From Bigelowiella natans CCMP2755 (Eukaryota > Protista > Cercozoa), in assembly GCA_000320545.1 (NCBI GenBank), contig ADNK01001700.1, forward strand, positions 1 to 64,000: DNA of 64,000 bases. Reading direction: 5' to 3'. The translations under genes were made by a program, and so were the position numbers. Within the stretch, counting starts at the first letter, position 1. Each line of letters opens with the position of its first letter. The notes under the pieces are model-generated. The model was not told the origin of the DNA and did not search any database. It saw only the letters and a program-made list of their open reading frames with translations. Of this stretch, positions 1 through 13,547 are shown one piece after another.

Positions 1-4
1 GGGA

Positions 5-362
5 CTAACCCTAACCCTAACCCTAACCCTAACCCTAACCCTAACCCTAACCCTAACCCTAACCCTAACCCTAACCCTAACCCTAACCCTAACCCTAACC
101 CTAACCCTAACCCTAACCCTAACCCTAACCCTAACCCTAACCCTAACCCTAACCCTAGCCCTAACCCTACCCTATAACCCTAACCCTAACCCTAACCCTA
201 ACCCTAACCCTAACCCTAACCCTAACCCTAACCCTAACCCTAACCCTAACCCTAACCCTAACCCTAACCCTAACCCTAACCCTAACCCTAACCCTAACCC
301 TAACCCTAACCCTAACCCTAACCCTAACCCTAACCCTAACCCTAACCCTAACCCTAACCCTA
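5..362. repeat. Telomeric array (CCCTAA)n / (TTAGGG)n, chromosome left end
   Basis: Near-perfect CCCTAA tandem array from the window start, with a few variant units at about 153-178. C-rich strand is on +, as expected at a 5' chromosome end. Confidence 0.97.
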
Positions 363-600
363 GACCTTGAACACAACCCCAAGCCTGAATCTGAACGTGA
401 CCCTGATCACCAACCTTGAACCCTGACCCTGAACGTGCGTGTGAACCTTCGAAGCTTTTCACTTTGACTTTTGATTCGAGTGTCACTTCGATCCGCCTGG
501 TTTACAACAGAACCCCAAGTCTGAATGAGATCACGAATCCACACCCTGAACCCGAAATCTGAATCCTCTCCCCAAGTTCTGACCCCGTCTAGCCGGTCTG
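363..600. repeat. Degenerate subtelomeric telomere-like repeats (CCCTGA/CCCCAA variants)
   Basis: CCCTGA at 401, 421, 427, 544 and CCCCAA at 377, 513, 570, plus TCTGAA/CCTGAA/CTTGAA spacers, directly adjoining the canonical array. Confidence 0.8.
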
Positions 601-888
601 AACTCGCAGTCAAACTTCGAACACTTTGTTTTTTGAACTTCACTTTCGATCTTGAGCCAGTGAGATGTGTGCATCTTGAATTTGTGACTTGAAGTCAAGT
701 CACGCACGATTGCGAGTTGCGCTGATCGTGGCTGTCGAGTGCTTTGATGCAGTTGAGTTGTCGATGTTTCTGTGACATTGCCAAGTTTCATCGTGCAATG
801 TCATTTCCGTTGTGTGGAACCGCACACCACGTTTCCATGTGCACGCTGCACCACTCATGCCCACGCATTTCACACCTGTGGCGGCTCA

Positions 889-1573
889 TCACACAGCACA
901 CCTCGTTGGCACGCCATGATCGACAAGTGACAGAAATGGAATTTGAAGCTGCATTTGCAAAATTCTTGTCTCCATTGGAGAACACGGTTCCGTTGTTGAT
1001 GTGAACGACATGACAAATGCTGAACAACAAACGGTTCGCAATGAGTGGCCTTTTCCACGAGAATGGTTCAGAAATTCCATTGACATTGGTGCATATTCGC
1101 CAACTACTTCTTCGGTGAAGGCTGTTTTGTTTGACTTTTTGAAATCAGGCATTGTCATTGGAGCAAGAACAGACCCGAACATGACAGCGAAATTCATGTT
1201 CACAAATGCGAACAGCATCCTGAAACCAATTGCTATGCCACCGATGTCACGCCAACCAACTCGACCAATGGATCTTGAGAACATTCAAAGAATTATTCGC
1301 AAAAGTTCAGCAAACGACAGCGAGACATACAAGTAAAAAATGATTAAAAATTAAAATGTTAATAGTTTAAATCACATCGATCAACATGCGAGTGGGACGC
1401 ATCTGTTCTACATAAAAGCATCATTTATGTCTAATCATCGCATCATTACGACCTGAAAATCTCATCTGGAAGCTCCTCAGGTTGAACTTGGAAAGGATTG
1501 AAGAACTTGAGTGCTTCGAGAGGTTTAATTCCTGAATACAACCATACGTACACACGAATTAATGTATACATTA

Positions 1574-1619
<46 letters not shown>

Positions 1620-2616
1620 TGTGTTTGAAAACATACAGATTGTGATGAAAATAGTGAAGATGTTGATGATACAAAAGTAATGACATCAAATCAGAGATGA
1701 TGTGCAGTCTGAAGAAATCATCTAAAATATTTCTACTATGAAGAAAGAATACTCATTGACTTCTTTTTCATCCTCTCGTTTGATGTAATCATTTTGAATT
1801 TACCCTCGTAAAATCTACTTGCGACGGGAGATGGATGTACCTAATAATGTGTTTTTTAAAAGTACAGATTGTAAGTGATACAATCATTTTTGATGATGGA
1901 TTAGTAAGAGACGTATCCAGTAGGAGAATAGCAAGGTATTGTTGAAGAAATAGGCTGTTGTTTTCTTCATACCACGCATACGTCCACACCACGACTGGCA
2001 TTTTCCATTTGAAGTGCAGCTCCAAAAGCAGACATAAACGCTTTCGTAGCACCATACATGCTGATAGTAGATGAAGGTATAAGATTTAATAGCGATCATT
2101 CATCATCATTAACCACTTGCTATCTTAATCTCCAGGTACTTAATTGATTCATTCACATAAGTAAAGTTAACCAGGTTCATCATTAACACTACTACTACTA
2201 CTACTACTACTACTTCCACCTTGAAAAAGCAGCCGGCATATATGCAGCTGCAGAAGACGTGAAGACAATGCAACCCTTTTTAAAATAAAAGAATATTTAA
2301 TACTATTTTATTTGAATGTCCAACCTCCTGTGGCTGAATAAGTTGATAATGTGATAATTACGGTACTAATACCACGTAATAATATGCAATATCATCATTT
2401 TCCTTCAACCATTATCACCATTCTGATGATGATGATACACATGTCAACTGACGCCACAACTAAGATAACTATGCAATACCTCTATTATTACAGTTAGGAT
2501 TATTACCCGTGTGTTGGAATCGATCATCTTGGAGAGAAAATGGTGAGTTATCTTCACGGGTGCAACAGCATTGCATTCAACATTTGCAACTTGCGCAGAT
2601 ATTGGGACCTGCACCA

Positions 2617-2661
<45 letters not shown>

Positions 2662-2924
2662 TCGTCATCATAATCATGATCATGATCATCGTCGTCGTCC
2701 TCTCATCATTGAAGAAGATAAAAATAGTTTGAGAAGCGGCAGAACAATATATTGCGGTGTTGCCTCCCTCTTTTGGATGGGATGGGCGAAAAGCAAATAT
2801 GTATTCGGAAATCATCTTCTACGCGTATCATTCCGGAACTAGTTGCTTTAGTGATTGATAGTTTATATGGAATATTCTGCTATCAATCAATGAATCAAAT
2901 CAAATCAAATTATTTCCCCCTCAC

Positions 2925-2960
<36 letters not shown>

Positions 2961-4161
2961 AATACTACTTCTACCACTACTGTTACTACTTTACTGCTGC
3001 TACAATGTACCTGGTTGAAAAATTCTGCAACTATGTACCCCGCATTGTTAAACACAACTTGGACTTTTTTGTCTTCAGTAGCCTTTTAGACATCATCATC
3101 ATCATCATCATCATCATCTCCATGTGATCATTTAAATCAGTTAAACTATTGGTTGTTACTATTTATTATTGCAACAACAACAACAACAACTACTACTACT
3201 ACTACAAAATACAACGCAACCACCTTGATGATTGGATCATATAGTCTATCTATACAACGTAACCACCTTGATGATTGGATTCATGTAGTCTATACCAGGA
3301 GCAAATTTCACTCCTACACTCTCGAATTTGCGCTCGGGATATTTCTTCTTCATTTCTTCCTTTAGTTGTCGTAACACACCAGCTTTTAGCATATTGAAAC
3401 ATATCTTCTAGGTGTCATAACAAGTAGGTTTCATAAGCACATGAGTGTAACATGACACTCCGATCTCATCACGCAGATGGACCCCCTTATCGCTAATGAG
3501 AGATGGAATCTTATTCGAATATTGGCTTGTTACCGTTGTTTTGGAAAGAAACTTGTTCTTTGCATCATCTGGAAGCCCAACGATCACCACTGTAAATGTA
3601 CGTTGCAGAAGAGCAAAGAGAAATAAATAATAATGCCAAACTTATTTGAAAAAAAAGTGATAATAATCTATGTCCCCGTGGAATTGGCAGCCTTGACTTA
3701 ATAGTATGGATGATACTGAATTACTTACCATTGAGACCCTGGGTGGCAAGCTTTTCTACAATAGCTTTTCCGATTCCGGTACTTCCTCCCGTAACAAGTG
3801 CCCACTCGGCACCATACTTTTCCCGTAGATTGGGGACAGGGAGAAGAATGTGCAAGAATGGAAAAAAATACGTGAAGACCACCATGAAGCCTAAGCTGGA
3901 AGGACAGAAGGACGATACATCAGAAGAAAAGTGTAAGCGAAAAAGTGATACACGGCTACTAAGAATCATTGATTTTTGGTTAGGACGAAAATGACGATGT
4001 TGGGAAGTACAATGCGCAGGTGTAGACGAGAATCGTCGGAGAAATATACCTGAATTAACATCATCATTATTTCACCATTCGAATCTGGTATGACTACATC
4101 CTAGGGTGTATGCTTACACAATGGCAGCAAGAGCTGCTAGGATTGCAAGGGGTAGAATCAT
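889..4161 (-). CDS. Short-chain dehydrogenase/reductase (3-ketoacyl-CoA reductase / 17beta-HSD12-like), multi-exon
   Basis: Exons give MILPLAILAALAAI (N-terminal anchor), NLREKYGAEWALVTGGSTGIGKA (Rossmann TGxxxGxG), VFNNAGY, GCIVFTSSAA and MYGATKAF (YxxxK). ELPDEIFR splices in frame (intron 1452-1274) to SIGRVGWRDIGG...PDFKK. The stop position is tentative. Confidence 0.85.
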
Positions 4162-4559
4162 AGCTTCTTTTTGAGTTTTCCACGAGCTTGTAGGATGTAG
4201 GATGCGGGTTGGTCTGATATCAGGATTCTGGAGCGTCGTCGTCGTAGTCCCAGTCGTCACAGATTCAGAGACTATCCGGAGATCTATTCGAGATTCAAAG
4301 GAGATTAGCAGAGATTCATCGGAGTTGAGCGACATAATCTAGAGAAAGAATGATGGTCACATACATGAAAAGACATGGAATTCGTGTTGACGCAACATGA
4401 GAAATGCAAAAACAACACTTCGCGCTTTGGCGCCAAACGAGCTTCCCGCCAAAACACATCAATCAATCCAATATCTCCCCCTCGCACGTGATTGGAATTT
4501 AACATTGGCAATCGGTTTCCTCTTCAATCAGTCTGCAATTTCCTTTCCTCGCTAAACAT

Positions 4560-6508
4560 ATGGTGACCACCTCCAACACCACCACTAATGTAGTTTGCCG
4601 CGATGGCCAGATGACCCTCCTTCGAAATCTTCTTCACCCCGAGCACTGCCACTGGAGAGGAGTCTATGTTACTGGTCCTCCCAACACAGGGAAAACCACT
4701 TGTGTTCGTCTAGCTCTCAGGTTGCTACTCTTCTTTCTCCCACCCTTCTTTCGCACTGGTAAAAGTGAGGGAAAAACAAATTGACGGTATCTAAAATGAT
4801 TTTTACTTGCAGAGATACCATCCATGCTTATGTCGACTGCCAAAAACTGTTCAATGAGAGGCTGATCTGTGGAGCGATAGCGAAGCAGTTGCGAGATTCT
4901 AGTGGATTATCGTCATCGTCCTCCTCCTCCTCCTCATCAGCATCATCATCATCATCATCGACACCATCAGTTTATCACTTAATGTCTTTATCCCATGACC
5001 TGGAGTCCAACGCAACACTCAAATCCCACATGACGACGGGATTTGTTGTGCTGGATAGATTAGATGCCCTTGCGAAGTCGACGTCAAATTCAAGGTTCCT
5101 CGATGGGCTCTTTCGCTTAGCAGAAAGTGCACAAATCCGGCTCTGTTTCGTGTTGATATCTACGGGTGTCATCAAGGCAACTCGAATCGTACCAAACGGC
5201 GGCTGTAGTGGTAGTAGTAGTAGTAGTGGAGGCTTCAGTAGTAGCAGCCTGATGACTATGATGATCCCAGTCCCATTTTCGGCATACAGTACGGACGAAT
5301 TAGTTGAAATTTGCATGCTTCGAGTCCTAACACCACAAGATATATCGGAAATGGCCTGGAAGAAGCTCCTACGCGTTGTAATTGAAGGTCTGCAGTATAT
5401 AACACGGGACCTAGGCATGTGCCTTCGTGTTGCCAAAATGATTAAGCCCTATGCAAATTCCCTTGTTCGCGAGGACGTTAAAAAGGGTGCAGCAGCAGCA
5501 GCAGATAATAGAGGGAGTCGTAGGTTTGTCCAACAGGGAGAGAAGGGAGGTAAGCGAGGAAGGGGCCGAGGAAGGAGAAGAAAGAGGGATGAAGACGATG
5601 CTAAAATAATGGTGGTTGGGAACAAAGATTGTAGTAACAAGAGTATGATAGATGGGAACAAAGAGAATGGCAGCAGCAGCAGCAGCACGAGTCCGGATGA
5701 AAAGGAGGGGGGTCTAGGGGATAATAGGTCTCTCCAACAAATACCATCGTCGGCATTATTCTTACCTTCATCGTCATCTGTGAGATTGGAGTTACAAACT
5801 CTCAAAATGCTTGTGCGGCACCTATGTGATCATGCGCACACTGATGCAACCTTCACAGAGAGCCTAGTAGGTAATTTCTTGCAGCTCCCTCAGAATGACA
5901 CGAATATGAGGAATAAGAAAGGTACTACCATTCATAGTAAATTAGTCGCTCCAGCTGCTACTAGTGCTGGCAGAGACACCGCTGCTTCCTCACCCCTTTC
6001 GTCAGAAGGCATGATTTTCGAGGACGTCATTATGCAGCTTCCTACCATAGCAAGCTACATTATATTTGCTGCATTCTTAGCAGCACATAATCCAGCATCG
6101 ACAGACAAGCTAAAGTTCAGTGCTGAAGTTGACCAGCCTAGACGTAAACGACGCCGTCGACGAAAATTGAAAAAACTGAGTGGTGGCAAGAAATCTAGCA
6201 GTATCGTTGTTTCACCACTACTTTCAGGACCAAAGTCTTTTGAACTGAGTAGAATGATTGCAATATTCGACCACATCTTCGATAACATGGAAGATCACGG
6301 GCAAGCCGTAGTGCACACACTCACGTCTTCGCTTGTTTCTCTGAAACTTCTCTCACAGATGGAAAGAAGCAGCAGCTCGAAGGTAGATTGTTTTCAAAGG
6401 GGTCTAAAGCTCTACTGCAATGTCGGCTACCAGGATGTGCAAAAGCTTGCTAAGAGTTTGGACTTTTCTCTCGAAAACTTCTTATATGATCCGGAGGCGG
6501 AGCTATGA
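4560..6508 (+). CDS. ORC5: Origin recognition complex subunit 5
   Basis: Walker A GPPNTGKT in exon 1. GT-AG intron 4721-4812 joins in frame to AYVDC...VVLDRLDAL...FSAYSTDEL. ORC5 C-terminal motifs FAAFLAAHNPASTD, GPKSFELSRMIAIF and YCNVGYQDVQKLAKSLDFSLENFLYD. Confidence 0.88.
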
Positions 6509-7322
6509 GACCATACAATTGTTTTCGGCAACCTTACGTACCAGAATTATTTGTGCAAAAATAGCAAACTTTTGATCACTGAGCCCTGACCGTTATTATG
6601 TACTACGATTCTGGTTTAAATTTTATATATTGCATACATTCATACATATTCACCCCATTTGTTGCATAAACTGTCGCTGATGTGTACACACTCTTGTTGC
6701 GATATACAAATAATGCACTGACAACCCCATGCTAGCATGCTCTCAATACTCCATTGTAAAAGGATGAATGAGCTCATACATAGCTCTTGCCTTCTAACCA
6801 CATGCATGCTATCTACGTTTGCCCCACGCAAGCTAGTCTAGACATTTGTAGTGCGCGCCAGCTAGCCAGGCACAAGTATAAGATGGTGCACATACTCACA
6901 TACAGCCCTACAACCAGAGCGTGCTAGTATAACGAGCAAATTTGCAAAGCTAATGGTTTGTGCAAAATTGTACGCCGATGAGATATATAACCTTGAAACC
7001 GATAAGCTGTAGGTTGTATAGCTACATAAGGATGACAATTAAAAAGATTTAATCAATTAATTACATCCATCTCATAGGTTGCAATGCGATTTCCTTGGTT
7101 TGTACTAGCTACTACTACGCACGACGGTAGTGCTGTGATGAGTAGTAGAGCATAACGGACAAGCCTCAACTACTACTATTATTTTGCATTCATTGCATTA
7201 TTCGATTTCACAATCCCCACTTTGCATTGAATAAGCTTAGACGAGTAGGGCTTTTGACTGGCTAGCTAGGCTGATGATTCCACACGTACGGTCGGCGATG
7301 TAAAAACTAGCTCAACTCACGA

Positions 7323-9306
7323 CTAGACGAGTGAGATTGCAATGACATCATTTTCTAACAAGCTGAGATGAACAGCTTCAATCCTCAGCTTTCCCTCGCT
7401 GTTTGTATCGGTTACAATACTTATTACCTCAGATTTATGGTCATTGGCGTCGCCAATTCTCCCATTATTGCGTATTACTTGGGTGTTAAATGTTGAATCT
7501 GGTTTCAAATGGGTAACGACGAGATCCTTGTGCCCAAACGCTGGTAGCTGCATCCGCACGTGAGTCCAATTGAAGAAATCCACGTGCACATTCCCTATGT
7601 GATAGTGGAATTCTAATCCAGAGGAGGAGGCTGACGAGGAAGTAAGTAGAGGGTCAATCTCGATAGAGGTGAGGCCTATATTGACACCATACCTCACCTC
7701 TCTCAGTAAGATGGTAGCTAGTGCAGGATATTCAAAGTAGAATGGAGAACGTGCCTCTTTGCCGTACTTATCAAATCGCTCGTGTAGCCATGTGCGTGAA
7801 TTCAGTCGCTGCTGAAGACCATCCAAAATTAACGTATCGAAATCATGGGTTCTTCCAAGACGTTTTCGGGCGTGTGCATCCGCCCAAGCTATCCGACCCA
7901 TTGTTACAACCTTCAAATTATAATCACTGTCATCCTTGTCGTCGTCATCATCATCATCATCATCATCATTATCACCAATTTTAGGTGGTAGCCTCTGATT
8001 TATGGACACGTCATCATACACAAGAAAGACTGAACCAAAACGAGCAAGAAAGTGACAGAAAACGCAGAATGCAACATATACGAAAACAAAGACTACTCAA
8101 AACAACTACCGAATCCCCGCAAATAGTGCCACGTTCCTTAATATAACAATCATCATAGCCATCATAAGGCGTCTCGCAACAGTAAGTTGAGGTTCCGTTT
8201 GGATGCGAATACGCCCCTCCATCGATTCGGCCAAGAATCTAAAATACACACATTATTTTGTTGTTGTTACCAGATATTGATAGCGATGACGAGGACAGCT
8301 ATGGGTGCAAATGTACTTGCGAAGGAACGATTTCTATGAAGAAATAGCAATGATGATGACGACAACGATGACGACGACGACACAGCCGATGGAATCTACT
8401 GCTGCTGCTGCTGCTACTACTACTACTACTACTACGCATGTCTGCTGCTCTGCTTTCTGTGTCGGTGCTCGAAAAAAGGTCGTCGTCGTCGTCGTCGTCG
8501 TCACATTCAAGGGCTGCTGCTGCTGCTGCTGTACTACTACGCGTAATTTCTTCCTCCTCCCTCCTCATCCTCCAACCTACCTTCTCACTATCAGAGCGGC
8601 TTAGGTTTGCAAAAGCGACTGCGAGCAAGTTTGAGTCATAATCAACGAAGTCTTTTCGAATTAAGGTCTCCTCCTCCTCCTCCTCCTCGTGGCTGTCGAA
8701 GAAGAAGCTTATTAGGTGATCACCACCCCCTTCTTCTTCATCTCCATGTTTATCAGCAGCCCAAAGCCGCTTTCTCAGGTTTATCGACACGTTCTTCGCC
8801 ATCTCAAGATGCCTAATAGCTGCTTCAGGAATCAGCCGAAAGAACTCATCACCATCGTCACGATGATGTATGTGGCTGCTGCTGCTGCTATTTTGGTGAT
8901 GATAGTGACGATACAGGACAGTTTCGAATTCAGCCAAGCGTCTTAACAGCAAGGGCATGATTGCGTTTGTGTCTGACGTATATCCTTCCCGAATACATAC
9001 ATCGATCCACAGAGGGCCGTTTAGCTTGAACAAGCCAACATCATGATCGTACTTATCTATTAGGTACTTTCCAGCTGCACGTATCAACGGAGCGTTGGCC
9101 ATCAGCCATTCAACACCTTTTCGGCCTAGGTGTGCTGCGAAAGTGAATGCTGTGAGTAGCCAGAAGATGTTGGGTCCTGGCTGAGTGGACGACGCTATTG
9201 ACTGATATGTCCATTTAAATGTGTTTCCCCCGATAAAATGATGCGGCAGTTGGCCACCCTTTATATTATTCATGTTGTTTTCTATAACCTGTGATGATAG
9301 AAGAAA

Positions 9307-9344
<38 letters not shown>

Positions 9345-9615
9345 AAAGAGACTTCAAATAAGTGTAAACAATATAACCAGATTAATCATGCAATAAGCAA
9401 CCTTCAAAAGAATAGAGAGGCAATTTATCAATTATCACCACTAAATAACTAACCCCTTGCACTTGGCGCATGAGATACTCGTCGCCCATATAAATCAAAG
9501 ACGTCATTGTAAGGAAATTATCTGGATCGAAGAAATTAAAGTTTTCGCTGTACTCAGCCAGTGGGTGATACAGAGACGTAGACGAGAGCCCTTCGTTGCC
9601 CTTTTCTGCTCCTGT

Positions 9616-9659
<44 letters not shown>

Positions 9660-9793
9660 AAATATGTATAAATATGTATAAATGGTTTATCATAATCCAT
9701 CAATCCTTCCTCTCTCTCTCTTCTCTCTCTCTTTCTCTCATGTTGTAGTATCTAATACTACAGTAGTATTAATAATATCACACTACTACAATA

Positions 9794-9824
<31 letters not shown>

Positions 9825-10360
9825 GCACCTCTCAGACACCCAGCTGCTGATGCATAGGCTCCTGTCAGCATTGATTGTAGGTCATCATATGGCAGATTAT
9901 ATATCTCATGATCCTCTCCCCCCCTTTGACCAACGCTGGTGGAAGCACTCCGTGCAATCGGGGGATCAAGATTGAAGAGCAGAGGGAAATCATCCTTGTT
10001 TGCCGCACACTCTAGCACGAATCTCCATCGAAACCCGGGAATCGTCTGGACTTTGAAATCCCACGCCCCACTCCCTGCAGCACTCCCATCTTTTTCTTCC
10101 TGGCTTCTTCTTCCAGGTGACGACTTCTTTGTCCACTTGTTGATAATCGATTCATCTGATACTTCGCCAACAATAGATAAATACACGCTCCACCTGTGAA
10201 TAATACGTGATAAATGTCAGCCTTGACCTCAATAGTTATTGCATGTGGCCGCACAACTAACTGCTGCTAAAACTCCACAGTGAGTGATTTGATTTGATTT
10301 GTTGCTTCTTCGAAATAATGCTACAATCGTAAGTTGTACTACACGTAATCTCCTCACACT

Positions 10361-10391
<31 letters not shown>

Positions 10392-13340
10392 AATACTACA
10401 ATGCTACTACAATACTACTACTCTACTACTAGTAGTACTAGTATATGAAAATTAAGCGTGGATAGTGGTTAATCGTGATCGTCACCCGTCCATGGCTTTA
10501 TCACTCGTAAGCGTTCCTCTTCCAGCACTACTGAAGACTAGTTGCTCTATTTGTTGCCGATCACTCGACAACCTAGTGGTGTTGATGTCAATCCACCCCA
10601 TAGAACAGGCAATTGACCCATGAAAAGGACCTTTGTGTAAGTCAGAATAGTGTTACCAGTAGGGTGCAAGTGTAATAAGTGTTTCTGTGTGTATAGCTTT
10701 TATATATCGTCGTCTGTTTTCGACAGACGATCGGTTGCGACTCCTCCTCCTCCTCCTCCTCCCTAACCTCCTCATAATACAGCTGTGGTCTTATGATGCA
10801 TGCTGGGGATGGAAATAGGCAAGGAGCTAGCCAATACATATATGATGGGAAAGAAGAGAAATTAAGTAAAAGGCAAAAAAGGGCGTTTTTAATGAGAGAG
10901 AGAGAGAGAGAGAGAGAATAAGAGGAAGAGACCGTCGCTCCAAGTGCTGCTGCTACTGTCTTCGGCTGATTTCTTACTTCCCAATACATACCAAGATCTC
11001 AACGTTTGGGTTGAGTGGAATACTCCGTGGTCATCATCCATCATCTGGGTAGCTCCATTTGCATACCTGTTTAATTGATACAAGAGGAGAAAGAAAGAGT
11101 ACCCCCAATAATATATAAATCATCGCTTTTTCTTCGTAGTAAGGATCCTTCTTCTCATAACGACGACGACTTGCACAATAATATTGAACAACTTGAAAGT
11201 AGAAGAAGAGAATAGCAGCTCACCACTCTCTTCTTTATGCGACTACTAATACTAGAAGATTTCAATCATTATCATCATCATCATTGTTGTCGTTGTTGAT
11301 GTTGTCCATCATCATCTTTATCATTATCGTCACCATCATCATTGGCAGCAACAGCAACAACATCACCACCACCATACCAGCAGCAGCAAGAAAGAAGGGA
11401 AATGAGCAATTATAAACACAAACAACCGTGCATATATAGATCTTGGTTTGTTCTGGACGAGGTATCCGAAGAAAGAGGCCGTAATGTTGTGTGGAAAGAG
11501 AGCTCCGGAGACCTCTAAGATCACCTTTCGGAACCCTTGCTTAGCAGTGAAAAGCATGGCCTCTTCAATTACAGGTATAGATGCTCCTTGTCCCCCCCCA
11601 AATCTTTTCCCATCATCCTTATGAACAGCCGCAATCCTTCGACACTCCACACGCACGATGGCGTCGCTTTCATTCAAAATCGTTATAATTGGTGTAGCCC
11701 ATTGCATGCTGCTGATATTGAGCTGTTGGTCGTTGGAAGTAGCGGAGTAATCTAATACAGTGAATTGCAGGCCACTGCTCCTATTCGCTGTTTCTTTGGA
11801 AAGCATCATATTATGACCATACCTTCCGAAGCCAAGCGGATCTCCTGACATAGAAGTAATGCTACCGTTTGAATATGCCAGAGAGAAGTATCCATTTTCA
11901 AGAGAAAAACCACCTGCAACAACAAAAAAAGTAAAGTCCTCATCATGATCATCGTCGTCGTTATCGTCATTATTATATCTTGCTATTGCAATGAAAACAT
12001 TCGGAAACAGAATGTGAATCATCATTTAAGCGCTGCAGCAGAAGCCAATAAAACAAAGTGCCATGGATCGCTAGTGTGCACAGAAAGCCAGTCTCTACAA
12101 TCGATTGAATGTCATTGCCTTCAGTTAGCTCGAAGCGAACGGGAGGATGCTGCAAAGGCCGCTGGTTCTGTGAAGATGGTGCCACTGTCGTCTGAGTAGT
12201 ATTAGTAGTAGTAGTAGTAGTGGGGACTGTAGTATTTGTAGGACCAGAAGAAGGAGCTGACGTCGGTTGATGGCTCGGTAGTAGAGGCAGTGGCGAGGAT
12301 GTCCAGGCTGTGGATGATGACGGAGAATGACTGCTGCTGGAAGTTGGAGACGACGATGAGGTCGCATTCGGAAGTATATTGGGGGGGGGCTGTGGGGGAG
12401 AGACTGACGTATGCTTTGCTTTCTCGAATTCGTAGAGGGCGCCAAAAATGAAAAGCACAATGCCTAATATGCAAAGAAAACCGGAACAGAAGTTTCTGGA
12501 AATATAAACGGCGCAACGAGATCTTGTAAATGCCCGGCAGCATCGACCAGCAGCGTTGCTGGAAGCGTCGTTAGTGTCCAGGTCTTCGATCTCTAGTTCA
12601 AACTCTTCGATGTAAACATCCTCATCAGCATCAAACCGTAAGGGGTCGTGTATGTCCTCCTCCTCCTCCTCCTCCTCCTCCTCCTCATCATCATCATCAT
12701 CGCCTGTGAATTTCTGGATAGAGCTCAGCTCACTGAAATAAGCGCATCAAGGAATAGCACACACACACACACAAACTAACTTGATGGACTTGATGATGTT
12801 GGGAGCGAGTTTCGAAGTAAATCAAAACGGATTTCCAAAAATTGAACAACTTACGTTTGAATGCCTTCGTCGATGTCATCGTCCGGATCCTCGCGAGGGA
12901 TAGCAGAGTGCGAAGCAGCAGCACCAAAAAAGGACATTCTCCGTATTCTAGCTGGCAACTGCTAGTATTAATCACGAGAGAGATTACTTGTATCGTATAC
13001 GGACAGCAGCTTCATATCTGATGGATGCACAAGAAGTGCATCTTTGGCTTTCGGGGGTCGTATTAGTCCTCGCTTCCTGGTGCTCTTCGGAAGTTCGAGG
13101 GGGGAAGGGTAAAGTCCACACCAAAACTTCACTACGACTTATATTTATCGTTGTCGCAGAGTGATATTTGAGATACAGCCTTATTTCACTTATCACTAAA
13201 CATCATCATGTCGCTCTTGCTCAACACAGACGATTAGAAAAAGCGAGACAACACCAAACATGCACCGAGAAGGCTCATCAAGCTACCGTCTACTGTCGTC
13301 CCCATGACATGGTGAACATTAAGAGTCAATTCGACCATTT
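7323..13340 (-). CDS. Putative type II membrane glycoside hydrolase, six-hairpin (alpha/alpha)6-barrel-like, multi-exon; 5' end uncertain (about 12700-13340)
   Basis: Acidic N-terminal region, a TM segment (FLCILGIVLFIFGAL) and a Ser/Thr/Pro stalk. Downstream exons carry NFFDPDNF, GQLPHHF, PGPNIFW, GPLWIDV...YTSDTNA, DFVDYDSNLLAVAF and MGRIAWADAHAR, reminiscent of (alpha/alpha)6 glycosidases. Family not verified. Confidence 0.55.
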
Positions 13341-13547
13341 TTTTTTGTCGTTGAAGTGTTTTCGGCGGTAGAGAAAGACCAAAAGCTCGCTCTCGAGCCA
13401 AACCAAAGCTAATAAAACGCGGGAAATCGTTTGCCATGAAGCATGCAGTACTTCACAGATACATGATAGTCTAGTAGAAAACACTTATTCGGATATGCAT
13501 TCATACATAGTTTCCCTACGACCGTTGTTGGGGGAAGGCCGTTCCCC

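Noticed and set aside
167-486. ORFs encoding poly(VR) and poly(GL)
   Set aside because: Translations of the telomeric repeat, not genes.
363-1320. CpG-methylation decay or GC-biased conversion as the cause of the TG/CA excess
   Set aside because: CpG remains plentiful and AA/TT/AT are not depleted; only TpA is missing.
1001-1336. 111-aa plus-strand ORF
   Set aside because: Antisense to the SDR last exon. TpA loss removes TAA/TAG stops, which inflates ORFs in all frames here.
3218-3284. Repeated AACCACCTTGATGATTGGAT
   Set aside because: Probably a local duplication of an exon edge in the SDR gene; no further structure.
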